Below, piece after piece: positions 13,421 to 26,438 of a stretch of DNA of 64,000 nt. The notes under the pieces are model-generated. The model searched no databases. It saw only the letters and a list, made by a program, of their open reading frames with translations, and was not told the origin of the DNA. The DNA is from Eledone cirrhosa (Eukaryota), in the NCBI GenBank assembly GCA_964016885.1, contig OZ024742.1, positions 239,878,001-239,942,000 on the forward strand, read 5' to 3'. Positions within the stretch are counted from its first letter, which is position 1. Each line of letters starts with the position of its first letter. The position numbers and the translations under genes were made by a program.

Positions 13421-13937
13421 TTTCTGTGAGAAACAGGTCGCAAGTGGCAAATAGAGTGTGTAACTTGGAAATCAGAGAGTTACTCCAGATAGGGCCACCA
13501 CTTCTCCAAATTGAGAAATCATGGCTCTAATACTAAGAATATGTGATCAGAATGTCTAAGGAAAGAATCATTGGACAGATTTTATAGTCAAAACCAACAG
13601 GCAAGAGACCCAACGGTAAAACCCAAGTAAAATGGTTGAATAACAACCATGAGCTGAAGAGGAGGAAAACTTTCGTTAATTTATGCTCCGAACATCAGCT
13701 AAATAATAGTTAAGTTAGTTATATAATTGAGTCCTTCCAAATTCTAGATTATTTTCAATATGGCATTAAAATCATAGGTAGTGTTTTTCATTAGAAATAT
13801 AGTAATAAAAAGGTTAAACCAACAGACAGTCGTGTAAATATCTTTTCTTTTTTTAAGGAAAAGAAATACAGAAAGCATACACAAATACACTCCAAATATA
13901 AACAAGACGTCCATATAGTTCTATTGAATAAAGATGA

Positions 13938-14183
13938 TTAACCCTTCCCTTACTATATTTCTAAAGAAAGACACTGTCTGATTTTCAGATCATTTTTGAA
14001 ATAATAATAAACAATTTGAGGTATCTCTTATTATTAAGCTGGTGTTTGGAACATAATGTAACAATTTCTTACAGAAATATTAGGATGGAAAGATTTTGAA
14101 TAAACATAAACACACAGAAATATATAGTTTTTCTATCATAGAACCAGGGGCAGTCTTGGGTAGTTTGGTATCAAAATGGTTAA
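13938..14183. mobile_element. TTAA-CCCT MITE family 1 (opposite orientation to the 13028 copy)
   Basis: ttaacccttcccttactatatttc ... ggtatcaaaatggttaa. Confidence 0.75.
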
Positions 14184-16554
14184 AAGCAATCTCAAGATGA
14201 CAGTCCACAGTCACAAAAATAAAAAATAAAATCTGAAGTATGTTAGAGATAGTTTCTTCTTTTTTTTTCTTTTAAATTAGCTAGCAGCAGGGGAGGGGGG
14301 AGGAAGGAGGGAGAGAAGGACCCATGACCTTTCCGTACCTCCCAAGACAAATGAGATCAATGAGGTTGATATTTAGTTTGAACTTCTGGGGGCTGTTGTT
14401 GTCTGTAGGGAGGGATGCACAGTTCCAATGATTTTGCTGCTCTGAGTAGCTGTGTGGTGGTAGTGTTTCAAGCATGATGAGAAATGGCTGTGCGTAGGAA
14501 GACGAGTGAGATAAAAAAAAAGAACCACCACCACCACCACCACCCAATACTCCCTTTGAACTTCACTTTACTAAGTTGCAGGAGGAAATTATTGGGTGGG
14601 GAGGCAGACACAAACAAATTCCTGATATAACTTGGTTCGACATTTTTTGCTTGGCATATGTATGGACATAACCATCTGTGGCAGGAAAAATCTGTTTTAA
14701 GCAGAACATTGCACATTCTGTTGAGAGTTGTAACTGACAAGTATAGTAGCAATTGAAACAAAGGTTTGATTGGAAGATGAGATGAGATAAGATTATGTAA
14801 TTTGTTCATCCAAAGAAACAGAGGTTGGTGTAACAGCATTAGAAGAGATACAATGAAGAAACAGCACATCTATAAGCCAGTGACTGCAGCATGCTAGTAA
14901 GATTTCACCAATCAGCCAAATGGCCCTTTTTTTTAAAGCAGTTTCACAACAGCACAATTATGGCAATCTTACTTGCAGTGTTGAGTTCAAATTGCATATA
15001 GAGAAACAGGAACCAGTAAACATCTTGGGAATATGTTCAAGATGACAATTTTCAAAACAAAATTGTGAGACCTGATATATAAAACTATTAGACCCATGAC
15101 ATCAATAGCATTGGCCATGTTTAATTTTTAAAGTCCCAAATTGGTATGCCATATATACCAGGATTACTGGTTACCAGTTATTTGAACTATTATACAAACT
15201 GGCAAATATGTATTTTGATAAATTAATGAATTTCCATAATGAGTAAGGAGTTATATGGTTGGAAGAAGTCTGATGTGTTGTCTTGCTTAGATAGTGGTTA
15301 GAGAGGGTGGTGCCTAAGTAAAATATGGGTTTGGAATTTCCAATAGCGGTTCACAATGCTGGTGAGTTGGCAGGCTATTTACAGATAAATTAATCTTAGA
15401 ATTTTGTAAGTCAATCAATTCTAAACAAATTCCCACACTGATACAGCAGTTGAACTTTTATGTTAATATACTGAACAATTATTTTTGGGACTTGTACTCC
15501 TTCAAATGCTAGGTGGGTCATTTAAATGTGAACCTTATAAAAGTGCATTTTTTTTTTTTTATTTCTTGATCAAAGTCAACAAAATGTTTTTTTCCTTTTG
15601 GTAACATTATTTCCATATTTTAGCAGATTTGTTTTTCACAAATACCTCATCAAAAAAGCAAAAGACACTTGTTGATATGAATGATCTAAAATTGCAATAA
15701 CTATTAATTTAAAAAAAAAACATATACAAAAAAAAACTTTAGATGCATACCCTCATTGTCTAAACACTTTGTTGTTTGGTCAAGAGATACAAAGGATATC
15801 AATTTTTTAGAATGGTTATTATTTAAATGGCCCACCCAAACACATCTTTAGACATAGATATTATGAAAGTGACTTTTTATACAAAGAAACTAAATATAAC
15901 TTAACAAATATCTAGAATATTTCAGAATTAATTAGAAACAAAAAATGGGTAATCTATCGTGTCCAGCTTTTATCTTGTAACGTTCCATTTTGATTGGCAG
16001 CTTAAATATAATAGTAAACAGTTCAATAAACTAGAAGATTCACTTATTGATAACAGCTAGCTTAAAGAAAATTATATTAAATATAAAAATATTTAAAAAA
16101 AGGTTAATGCCTGTCCAGTACAAGGGGCTTATCACGCCAGAGCTCATCCATCACCCCCCACTACTTACAGCCTTCACTTCCTCCTCTATTATAGTTGAAC
16201 ATGTTGGGCATATAAACCCCAAGAGACAAAGCTGTCCACTCTTTTCTGTCTCTGGGGGTTTGGATACAGGGGTTTAGATGCCTAGTTTGTTCAACTAATT
16301 TATGGATAAACTTGAGTTACAGCAGTTTACAATAAGTCAAAATAATTTCAAAAGTTATTAGATAATAATTACAACAAACACTTATCTAATGTACTATTTG
16401 TCATGATGATCATGTCACTACCACAAGTATTGATAACAAAATACCAAAACTTTGTTTGCTAAGAATTGTATTAACTAAAATATGAGAAATATTTTGATTG
16501 TTTTATCTTTAAAAATATATTTAGATAAAGCAGTATAGTTAATAAGAGGCATTG

Positions 16555-17680
16555 TGGACCGAATCCTGATGAACACCTACCTGTCCCTTGAATTCCTCGC
16601 TAAACTCACTTCCTACTCTCACTTTGCTGACAGCTCCTCTGTACATGGCTTGCACTGCTCTCATCAACCATTTTACTACACCTAATTTCCGTAAGAACCA
16701 CCAGATAATAGATCACAGTACTCTGTCAAAGGCCTTTTCATAGTCAACAAACGCTAGACATATTGGCTTAGAACTTCCCTTGTTGTTACCTCACTAAAAA
16801 AAGGGCATCTGTAGTACTCTTCCCAGGCATGAAACTGCATCTCATCCAATTTAACTCTTTCTCTAATTAGTTGCGCTATAACTCTTTCCATCACTTTCAT
16901 AACTTGGCCCATTAGTTTTATTCCTCTATAGTTGCTCCTCTCTAGCGCATCACCTTAGCACTTGTAGAAATTTATGATTGTACTGTTGCGCCAGTCATTG
17001 GGTATGACTCTGTCCTGTATTACCTGATTGACTATGTAGGTTACTAGTTTGAGCCCTACTTCTCCCGATGTTTTTCACATCTCAGCAACTATCTCTGACA
17101 GTCCATCTCTTTTATTGCTTCTTTAACCCTATAACTGTCAACTTCAATAGCTGGTCCTTCTGTTGAATAAATTGTGGGTAGTCTTTCCTCCCATTCATTC
17201 TCTACATTCATCAATCTCTCATAGTAACATTTCCAGGCCTCTTTCTTTTGAGCATCAGTGGTGCTAAATGCACTGGTGTTATTTCTAACCCACTTTTTCC
17301 CAACAAAATCATAATTCACACTGACCCACTGCCTTGCAATGTGGAACACTTCACATCTCTGATCCTCATGTTTTAGGATTTTGGCAGACTTTCCTTCTTC
17401 AGCCTCTCTCTGAGCTGTGTATACTTGTTGTTTAGCTTCTCTCTTAGCTACCTGTTACCGATCTTTGCTACCCATATTTTTCCAGTCTTTCCAAGACTGT
17501 CTCTTGGCCTTCATGGCTCTATCCACTGTGCTGTTCCACCACCAAGTCACCCTCTGGTTGGCTGGGACTCTACTCCAGTCACAAGTCTCATTAGTAGTTT
17601 GCAAAAGGTTGTTACACAAGAATTTACAGTTGTCCTCTACATCATTGGTATCTAGCTCGTCACTTCTCTCATCAAATGCA
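16555..17680 (-). mobile_element. Old, decayed RTE-like LINE fragment (linker plus RT N-half)
   Basis: Minus-strand remnants such as HIARQWV, KKEAWKCYYERLMNVENEWE and EGPA align with the 630-aa RTE ORF. Multiple stops and frameshifts. Confidence 0.85.
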
Positions 17681-19002
17681 TAATTTTATTTAAGAACTCG
17701 TTATTAAGTTATATTCCACACATAAGATAAATAATGAGAAAGTTAGTTATATTGCTAAATCTCTCCAGATTGTTGATTATTTTGAAAATTATTATGTGGG
17801 TACCCAACTCCATGACAATGATGGTGAGCAGGGTGGTGGTTCTAGTGCCAATGACACAAGAAGTCTCCACATATAACTAAACCCCTCCAAACTCTTGGTT
17901 ATTTCCAAAATTAATTTAAAAATTCATAGGCAGTTACCTTTCATTAGAAATGTGGGATTGAAAGGGTTAAATAATAACAAATATATTGATAGTAAAACAA
18001 TGAAAACATTCCTATATTTTCTATATATATATTTTTTTTCCTCCAGACAAGATTAAAAAAAGAATTCTTAGACAAATGCATTGATGAGTATAAATAAACG
18101 AAAAGGATTTACACACATGTAAGCACGCACAGACAGAAAAATCAATCAACAGGACTGAGTATTGTGATGTCTACAACTAGTAGCATTACAAATTTTTTTA
18201 AATCAATGCGAAAACAAGAATTCATTTATTACTTTTTTAAATTATTTTACATTTATATTTTACTAGAAAGCAAGCACAAATCAAAATTTATTTCTCAAGT
18301 AACCCAAGCTAATGTAATCTTGTCCTCTAAAATGACTGAAAAGTTTAAGAACAAAAAAAAAAAGAAAAAGAAAAATTTTAATGATTTAAAATTTTTTTTT
18401 TTTTTTGCCTTTTTTATATTTATTTATTTTACAACTATTGTTACTTCAAAATCAATAACTAGAAACAAGTTTACTACAGCAATAAATTCAAAATCCATTA
18501 ATACTATAAATATATAAGATAAATCTTTTTTTTTCCTTCTTCTTTTTTTATATAAGAAACAATAATATAGCAACATGAAAAATAAAAAAAATATAAAGTT
18601 AGTTCCTAAATCTATGAATTTAAAATTTTTTAGAAAAATAATTGCAAGTGTAAGATTAATATAATAAATTTTTATGTTGACATAACACTTTGTATTAATA
18701 TAAGTTGAAACAAAAACATGAAACTGAGAATTTTCTCAAGTGCATTAGTAATTAATGTGAAGAAAAAAGGGCAGGCTCATAAGAGTGCCATCCTGATACA
18801 TGAAGAGTTTTAGACAGACATTTAAAACCCAGTCAAGTTCATCTCTCTCCAGGCTTGAACACAGTCAATTTCTTCTAGAGGTGAGCCAAAACAAATAACA
18901 AAGACATTTAATCTGATGCAGCCCTAATGACTTCTATCCCATGTCAAGGTATTTGCCACTAGAAATTCAAAGCCAGTCAGAGGACTCAATTTCACATCTA
19001 CC

Positions 19003-19212
19003 ATTGTTTCTACTTTAGGCACAAGGCCAGTAATTTGAAGGGGATTAAATCAACCCCAGTGAGTTACTGGTGCTTTATTTTATCGACCCCATAAGGATGA
19101 AAAGCAAAGCTAACCTCGGTGGGATTTGAACTCAGAGTGTAAAGGGTCATAACTCTATGCTACAAAGCATGATGCCTGACGCTCCACTGATACTGCCAAT
19201 GCACCACTCTTA
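19003..19212 (-). mobile_element. tRNA-derived SINE family 1
   Basis: Colinear with the 8459-8646 copy. Confidence 0.85.
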
Positions 19213-19695
19213 CGATTGTTGTAATACTAGTAGATCAGATCAAATAAACTATGATAGTAATGATATTTCCATTGCTGATACTAGCAACTGGTTGCAGTTC
19301 CTGACAGAAGTGTCACAGCATTTCCAGTGATGGGAAGCAGGATTTAGTAATATAACTAACATTCTCATTATTTTGGAATGCAGCTTAACAAAAGTTCTTA
19401 CATAAAATTGTGATGGAAGATTTTAAAAACAAACAGTTTTGTACAGATGAACCAGGGGGCAATTTCAGGTGGTTTGGTATGAAAAGGGTTAATGATGGAG
19501 TACCATTTTCTAAGTCAAACTTGGTGCATATTACTGGTATTTATATATTTGAACAAGACAGGATGATAGTTTTAAATTTCTTGTTTCATTTTTTACAGCC
19601 ATAATCACCTCTCCAACACCTTTTCATTGCAAGGCTCATTTCAGCACAACAGGGCTTAATTAAATGGATCCAAGACATTACCGGAATTAATTTCA

Positions 19696-20105
19696 TTAAC
19701 CCTCTAAATACCAAACTCACTGAAATTGTCCTTTGTTTTACAATACAAACATGTTTAGTTTAAAATGTTTATATTTATCTAAAAAAGTTTCCATCATAAT
19801 TTTATGTAAGTACCTTTATTAAACTATGCTCCAAAAACAAGCTTGAAAGTAATTATAGGCAGTGTCTTTTGTTAGAAAAATGGTAACAAAAGAGTTTACC
19901 CTTTCATGACCATATTTCTGATGAAATACACTCTATTTCAATTAATTAATGAAGAATAGTCAGGAATTTACTAAAATTATTAACTAGCCAAGATAGTTAA
20001 CTTAACATGTGATTCTAATATAAAATTATGTTGGAAGATTTTAATTTAAATACGAACCCTTTAAACCAGAGCTGGTTTAGGCTGAATTGGTATTAAAAGG
20101 ATTAA
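19696..20105. mobile_element. Two adjacent family-1 MITEs in opposite orientation, meeting at a TTA(A)-like junction near 19896
   Basis: ttaaccctctaaatacc...ggtaacaaaagagttta|ccctttcatgaccatatttc...ggtattaaaaggattaa. Confidence 0.6.
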
Positions 20106-21150
20106 AACTAGAGTGATGAAAGGCTAAGGTCGCTGACAAAGAATTTGATGAAACACCAAATCATATGAAAAATGAAATGAAGGCATGTGGCTTAGTGATT
20201 AGGGTATAAGATTGCATTGTTTTTCTTGATTAGGAATCAATCCTATAATTAAAAATCTACGAGACCATGTAAGATGCAACCTTTAGGAGGCCAACTAAAT
20301 GTGCATAGGAGTAACATGTGAATTTCATCCCTACTCCACCCCATTTTCATACTATCATTATCATCATCATTTAACATTCATTAAATAATGATGATGATGA
20401 TGATGATTAGCATGAACATTTAAATTTACAGCTTTCACCTTAGTTTGCTTACTATGAGATTGCATCACACCAGAGGTTTCATGGGTTTTTAATGATAGTT
20501 CTATCAAAATACAATTATTTTTTAGGTAGAGATAAAACACAAATCTATCAAGGAGTATATAGTGAGATGATGTCATGCATCCTTTAAAATGAATTAATGA
20601 TATATTTAGCAATAGCACTAACACAGCATGATTCATAATAGAGGCATATATGGAAGCATATACAATATGTTTGTGTATAATTAACAGTTTGTGATACAAA
20701 GGATATCGAACTGTAGAAATCATATCAAATAAGGTTGAGAGGACTCTTCAGTTATATGAATGGCATGATGACTTCTCTAAGTGTTGGTGACATAATACAA
20801 CACAACCATGATAGTCAGTAAAGTGGTTGGTGATAGGGTATCCAGCAATAGAAAACTTGCCTAACAAAGGGTCGGGAGCATTCATCAACAGTCTCCAGAG
20901 CACAACAACCTCATTTTAGTGTTAGTGACACGATAAAACAAACCCAGAACACTCAGCAAACAAAGAGGACATTTCAGTTGTTGTGTCAAAGACATGATTA
21001 CCTAAAATAAAATGGCCCAGTACACACTGTAGTGTGTGGGAACATATGTAAGTGAGATGCAGTCACTGAACCATCTAAGAGGTCAATAGATCTGACTTTG
21101 TCTGTGACAGCCCATCTGGCCTTTACTAGAAAGAGAAAACATATATTAAA

Positions 21151-21885
21151 CTAGCAGAATGGCCCGGCGTTGCTTGGGCTTCTAAACATAGATTAGCATG
21201 TTTATCCCTCCTTTCTGAAACAGTACAGAGAAGTATGGAATACCTCAGCCTGGGGATGGTGTCTACATTTTGTGCTTATAAAGAAAATTTGTCGTAGATT
21301 ACCAGGGGTTTAACTTAATTGGGTGCCTGTGAGTAAAATGTTCAACCCACGAAAGCCAAGACAATAGGGTTAAGTAAAAAGGCATTCGACAAACCGAACA
21401 TGTATTTGTTGTGCTATGGTACAGAGCAGTAAGTGCAGCGGTGGAGAACATGAAGGAATTTAGTTGGATACTTTTAAGGTTACAAAAATCTACCCAATCT
21501 GATATAGACCAAACTGTTATATCGGATGCCGAACGCATAGGAATTACTATTGGGGTCACCATCAACAATTTCAAGGGATGTACGTTTAAGTAGGGATAAT
21601 GTAGTCTATAAAGAGAGGTAACTCTTTCAAAATACTAAAGAGTTGTTTCTCTTGAACATTGTAGACAAAATTGCCGACAAAAAGGGCTTAAAGTTTTAGT
21701 GAAAAAAAAACGCCTTTAACAAAAGAAAATTGAAAAATAAAAGCTGCAGTTAATATCTTTAGACCGCAAGGAATATATAAATGCAAGTTTGAAGTCAATC
21801 AGAGTAGAAATGTGGATTTGTATAGACTTTGCAAAAATTAGGTGAGACACACACAGACAATTTCAGTTTTATATATATGTATAGA
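21151..21885 (-). mobile_element. Non-autonomous Helitron
   Basis: Minus strand reads A|TCtatacatatatataaaactgaaattgtctgtgtg ... hairpin gcccaagcaacgccgggc ... CTAG|T. Termini resemble the 9759-10724 element. Confidence 0.85.
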
Positions 21886-23035
21886 TGATGATAGTCTTGC
21901 TAAAAGTATTTCAAGCTGTGATCATTCCACAGTTATCTTAATAGCTGTGTGAGACTGCCAAATATATGTATTTCCGGATCGTTGATCCATCATCAGTGAT
22001 GCTTTCTTGGTCAGTTCTGGGATACGGAAGCTAAAGGATTATTAAAAGTAAGATGAATTGATTTCAAGTGGAAATCAAAACTTATGGACATTGTTTGCCA
22101 GAGATCATTTCTTACTTTATATCAGTGACTTTTATAGTGAAGGTGGTGGTGGTGGTGGTGGCAATGACGTTGGTGGTGATGTTGATGACGATGGCAATGA
22201 TGGTTATGGTGTTTGTGATAAAGATTTCTATTTATAGAAATAAAAGTCAGATTTCAGGAGAAAAATAAAAAATCAAGATATATGTTGATGTCATTCACAA
22301 GAGGTGAATGGAACAAAATAAACTGGTTGCAATATAGAAGTCAACTGAAACTGTCATTCATTGCAAATATTCTACCACAATTTAAATTATTTTACCAATG
22401 TGTTTGTTTTACGTGTGTGCATGTGTCGGTATAAATATTTTTTCTATTTTCTTCTACCTTTAGAGTACAGGATTGGCACTCGACAACTATTTATGGTATA
22501 GAATATGTAGGTATGCATGTTTGTGTGTGTGTGTATATATACACAAACACATATACACATTATATAAATATATGCACATAGATATATATATATATATATT
22601 GTGTGTGTATGATGTATATGTATGTGTCTATTTCTTCTACCTTTGGATTATAAGGATTGGCCCTCAAGAAGCATTTGGTACATTAGAAGATATATTTCTA
22701 AGTGGTTATGATGGCTACAAGAAAAGGAAACATGCTCAAATTACACACAATGATTATAAATACACAATGTTACTACATTTTATGATGTTGTTTAACACTG
22801 GATCACCCAGTGTCAGTAATAGTAGTAGTAGTAGTATCTGACTGGAGTTGTGCCAAACCAAACCAGACAAGATAACACATGCTCATCAAATACCATCCCA
22901 GTATTGGATAATATTGTGAAAGGTTTTGATGTAAGGTCTTCTTTGATTTCCTGCTAAAATAAAAACAAAAGCCCTGTAAATTAACAAAGAGATCCTGAAA
23001 ATTATAGAGAAATATGAACAGGTTAGTGTACTCAC

Positions 23036-23110
23036 TTCTTGATTAGCATTAGATAATTCTTCTTCTAATACTGCAACTCGTTCTAAAGATACCCGTAGTC
23101 GTTCCCGGAC
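23036..23110 (-). CDS. PPFIA: Liprin-alpha internal coding exon (75 nt, phase 0/0): VRERLRVSLERVAVLEEELSNANQE
   Basis: Acceptor ttctatttcctttaAG, donor GTgagt. The peptide matches the liprin-alpha N-terminal coiled coil as recalled (VRERLRVALER..LEEEL). Confidence 0.9.
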
Positions 23111-23469
23111 CTTAAAGGAAATAGAAAATTCAACATGTAAAAGATATTTTGTACATGTGTGTGTGTATGTACACATATGGTTCAAGGAAACAACAAAACA
23201 GGGGTACAAAAAGTCTTCTTAGTTTCATGCTTTATATGGAAGGGGGGGTGGGGGGTTGATGTGATATATATTTGAGCTATTGAGGCAATTAACAGGAAAA
23301 GTTTCTAGTTATAAAACAACAAACAAAGAAACCAAACAAGAAAAAATAGCTGCAAGGTAAACTTAAAACCAAAACACTAACAATTCTGTTGACAATCCCA
23401 GCACAGATTATGCTAGGGGTGCAATTTTGGAGGGTCAAGACATAGACATATAAAAGGCTACTGTATGTT

Positions 23470-24091
23470 TTAACCCTTTCAATACTAAGCTGCCTGATAC
23501 CAGCTCTGGTTCTACAATATAAAATTGTTTTCGTTTGTTTTTTGTTTTTTTATATGTTTATATTTAGTAAAAAGAAAATTAGATATATACAAATATGTTA
23601 AAGTTTTTATATTTATCTAAAAACCTTTGATCATGATTTTTATATAAGAGCCTTTGTTAAATTATATTCCAAACACCAGATACATAATGAGAAAACTTGT
23701 ATTATTAAATGACGCTAAATTCTCTATTTTCAAAATTATTTTGAAAATCAGAGGTTGTGTCTTTCATTAGAAGTTTGTTAACAAAAGAGTTTTCTGTTGT
23801 ACCCAGACACCTAACAAAAGCTGTCAGGTATGTTTTCATGTGTGATTGGATGTGCACGCACACACGCACACACACACACAATATATATGTGTATAATCCA
23901 ATTAATTAAAGAAGAATTTGGGCGTATTTAGTAAAATTATTAATTATATTTTTACTAAGAGAGAAACTTAATACAGTTCTTATATAAGATTATGTTGGAA
24001 GATTTCATTTAAATAAGAACACTTTCAAATAGGTGGTTTTGTTTCATAGAATCAGAGGTAGTTTGGGGAAGGTTAATATCAAAAGGGTTAA
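23470..24091. mobile_element. Two family-1 MITE copies (approx. 23470-23790 and 23900-24091)
   Basis: ttaaccctttcaatact start, aatatcaaaagggttaa end, shared internal motifs. Confidence 0.6.
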
Positions 24092-24472
24092 ATCCTAAGA
24101 TGGCCTCACTAACAAAACAGAACTAGGAAGGAGGAAAAAAGAAAGAGAATGACAAGGCGAGATGTGACTTATTCCTTAGTGTATGTCAGTGTCTGTGTGT
24201 CACTGTTTCCCTGATGTATGTCAGTGTCTGTGTGACACAGTTTCATTTTCATGTTTGTCACACTGTCCACAGTAAAATTCAATGTATATAAATGTATTCT
24301 TTGACAAGTGTACCTTCCATTATTGTGCATCATAAATATTATAGATAAATTATAACGGATATTAAAAAACAAATAAATGTAACTTAACCATAAAATATGC
24401 AAGTGGGGAAGGGGATCACACATGTACTTATATATCTAGCAGGGAAAACGGATGCTAAAATGAGAATAATGA

Positions 24473-24515
<43 letters not shown>

Positions 24516-24517
<2 letters not shown>

Positions 24518-25295
24518 AAGAGGCGGATTTTCAGGTCTCTACGAAGGTCCGACTTCCACACCGATCTCAAGCTGTGGCACGCCGCCCAGGCCTTGCTCTT
24601 CCTCTCAACCACATCATCTTCCGTATTCCCAATCTTTGCTCCCAAATACAGGAAGCCCTCAACCAATTCTAGCGACTTCCCGCCTACATTAGTGATCCCC
24701 TCTGGCTTCTCAACATTCTCTACCAAATATTTTGTTTTAGTTTCATTCATTCTCAGCCCCACACTCAACGACACAGTCTCAACCTCCCGCATCAAATCCT
24801 CTGCCTCCTTCACTGTATTTGTCATCAAAACTATGTCGTCGGCAAATTCAGCATCCGATACCTTAGTAGAGTCTGTGCTGCTGCATGGGTCTGAGACTTG
24901 GACACTGACCAAGAAACTCACTCAGATGGTGGATGGGTGCTGCACGAGAATGCTGAGGATGGCTCTGAACATTAATCAGTATACACTGAGGATGAAAAAC
25001 TCAGAGCAATATGGGAGCATCCCAAAAGTCAGTTCAAAAGTGACAGAGAGGAGACTGAGGTTAGCTGGACATGCTCACCGACATCCAGAGTTGACATTGC
25101 ACTCAGTGCTCCTTTGGGAGCCCCTACATGGACACACTAGAAGAGGAAGACCAAGGTTAACGTATGTTGATGCCCTAAGGACAGACACTGGTCTGTTGGA
25201 GACGCAGGACATGGCAGCGATAATGAGGGACAGAGACCGCTGGAGAGAACTCATCTATGGATCTCGGGAATTTTACCCGCCTTAGAATAGAAAAA
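24516..25295 (+). mobile_element. 5'-truncated, 5'-inverted RTE-like LINE (second family), copy 1
   Basis: 24516-~24863 is inverted and encodes [27 protein letters not shown] on the minus strand. ~24864-25285 continues VESVLLHGSETW...EFYPP* on plus. Flanked by (TA)n. Confidence 0.9.
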
Positions 25296-25474
25296 TATAT
25301 ATATTTATATATATATATAGTCCATCTCAACAGCCGATGACCATGGAGTTCAGTATCTTCCGCTTCTATATTTATTTTAAAAAAATTATTTTTTTAATGT
25401 TTCCCCTTAAAAAGTTGTTTTTTGTTTTGTTCTATTCCATTTGTTTTCTTGTCCTTTCTTTGTTAATTTTCTTA

Positions 25475-25477
<3 letters not shown>

Positions 25478-25509
<32 letters not shown>

Positions 25510-25800
25510 GCGGACGCGCGTATATGCATACGCGCGTGTATATATACACGTGAACGCGCATATATGTATACGCGCACGAGCGTATGTTTATACACATATG
25601 CGCGATATAAACGCGCGTTCGCGTGTATATATGTACGCGCACACGCGTATATATATATACATATGCGCGTATATAAACGCGCGTTCGCGTGTATATATGT
25701 ACGCGCACACGCGTATATATATATATACACACATATACATATATATACACACATATACATATATATATATATACACACATATACATATATATATATATAT
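25478..25800. repeat. Compound (TA)/(CA)/(CG) alternating purine-pyrimidine repeat with a ~66-bp internal duplication
   Basis: Visible directly; atataaacgcgcgttcgcgtgtatatatgtacgcgcacacgcgt occurs twice. Confidence 0.85.
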
Positions 25801-26154
25801 AATTAAGGTTTAAATACGGTGTTTTTGTCGTATTGAACAGAACAAATCTTGCAGTTTTGCTTTTTGTTACTCGCTGTTAAACATTCATAACCTTCCAGCT
25901 CCTCAATTCCTTAATTCTATCGTATTCTCCAATTCCTTAAATTCCTTAATTCCATCGTATTCCCAAACAAAAAACAAAATCCTTCCCATTCTTAATTCTA
26001 TCGTATTCTCAAACAAAAAAAAACAAAAAAAAAAATCCTTCCCATTCTACTTCTTATAATTTACTTTAAATATATATATCATGCTACCTCGAAAGTCAAA
26101 AATCCCGCTCATACACCCTTCACCCACCATCTTCTTCACGAGGGGTTGCGGTCA

Positions 26155-26193
<39 letters not shown>

Positions 26194-26438
26194 CCTTCCC
26201 ACTCTCTCTCTCTCTCTCTTAGCTACACACACACATATATATATATATATATAAGATAAATTCCCGTTCATGTTTATTCACTTTCGCCAAACAATTGCTG
26301 CTTCAACTACCCCTACTACGGTGTAACCATGTAATCGTAACGTTCACGTTTTTCCTATCTACTCCACACACCACAATTTCGTACATAGTCCAAACATCCA
26401 ATCTCGCAAAATCCGAAATCTGTATTTTTTGTTATTTA

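Noticed and set aside
16169-16281. Candidate minus-strand exon with GTAAGT donor
   Set aside because: No polypyrimidine tract at the acceptor, a stop in phase 0, and no liprin similarity.
24515-25285. 256-aa ORF (and the 328/347-aa ORFs at 34.5-35.9 kb) as a novel protein
   Set aside because: Chance read-through across the inversion junction: antisense LINE or microsatellite sequence fused to the RT C-terminus.
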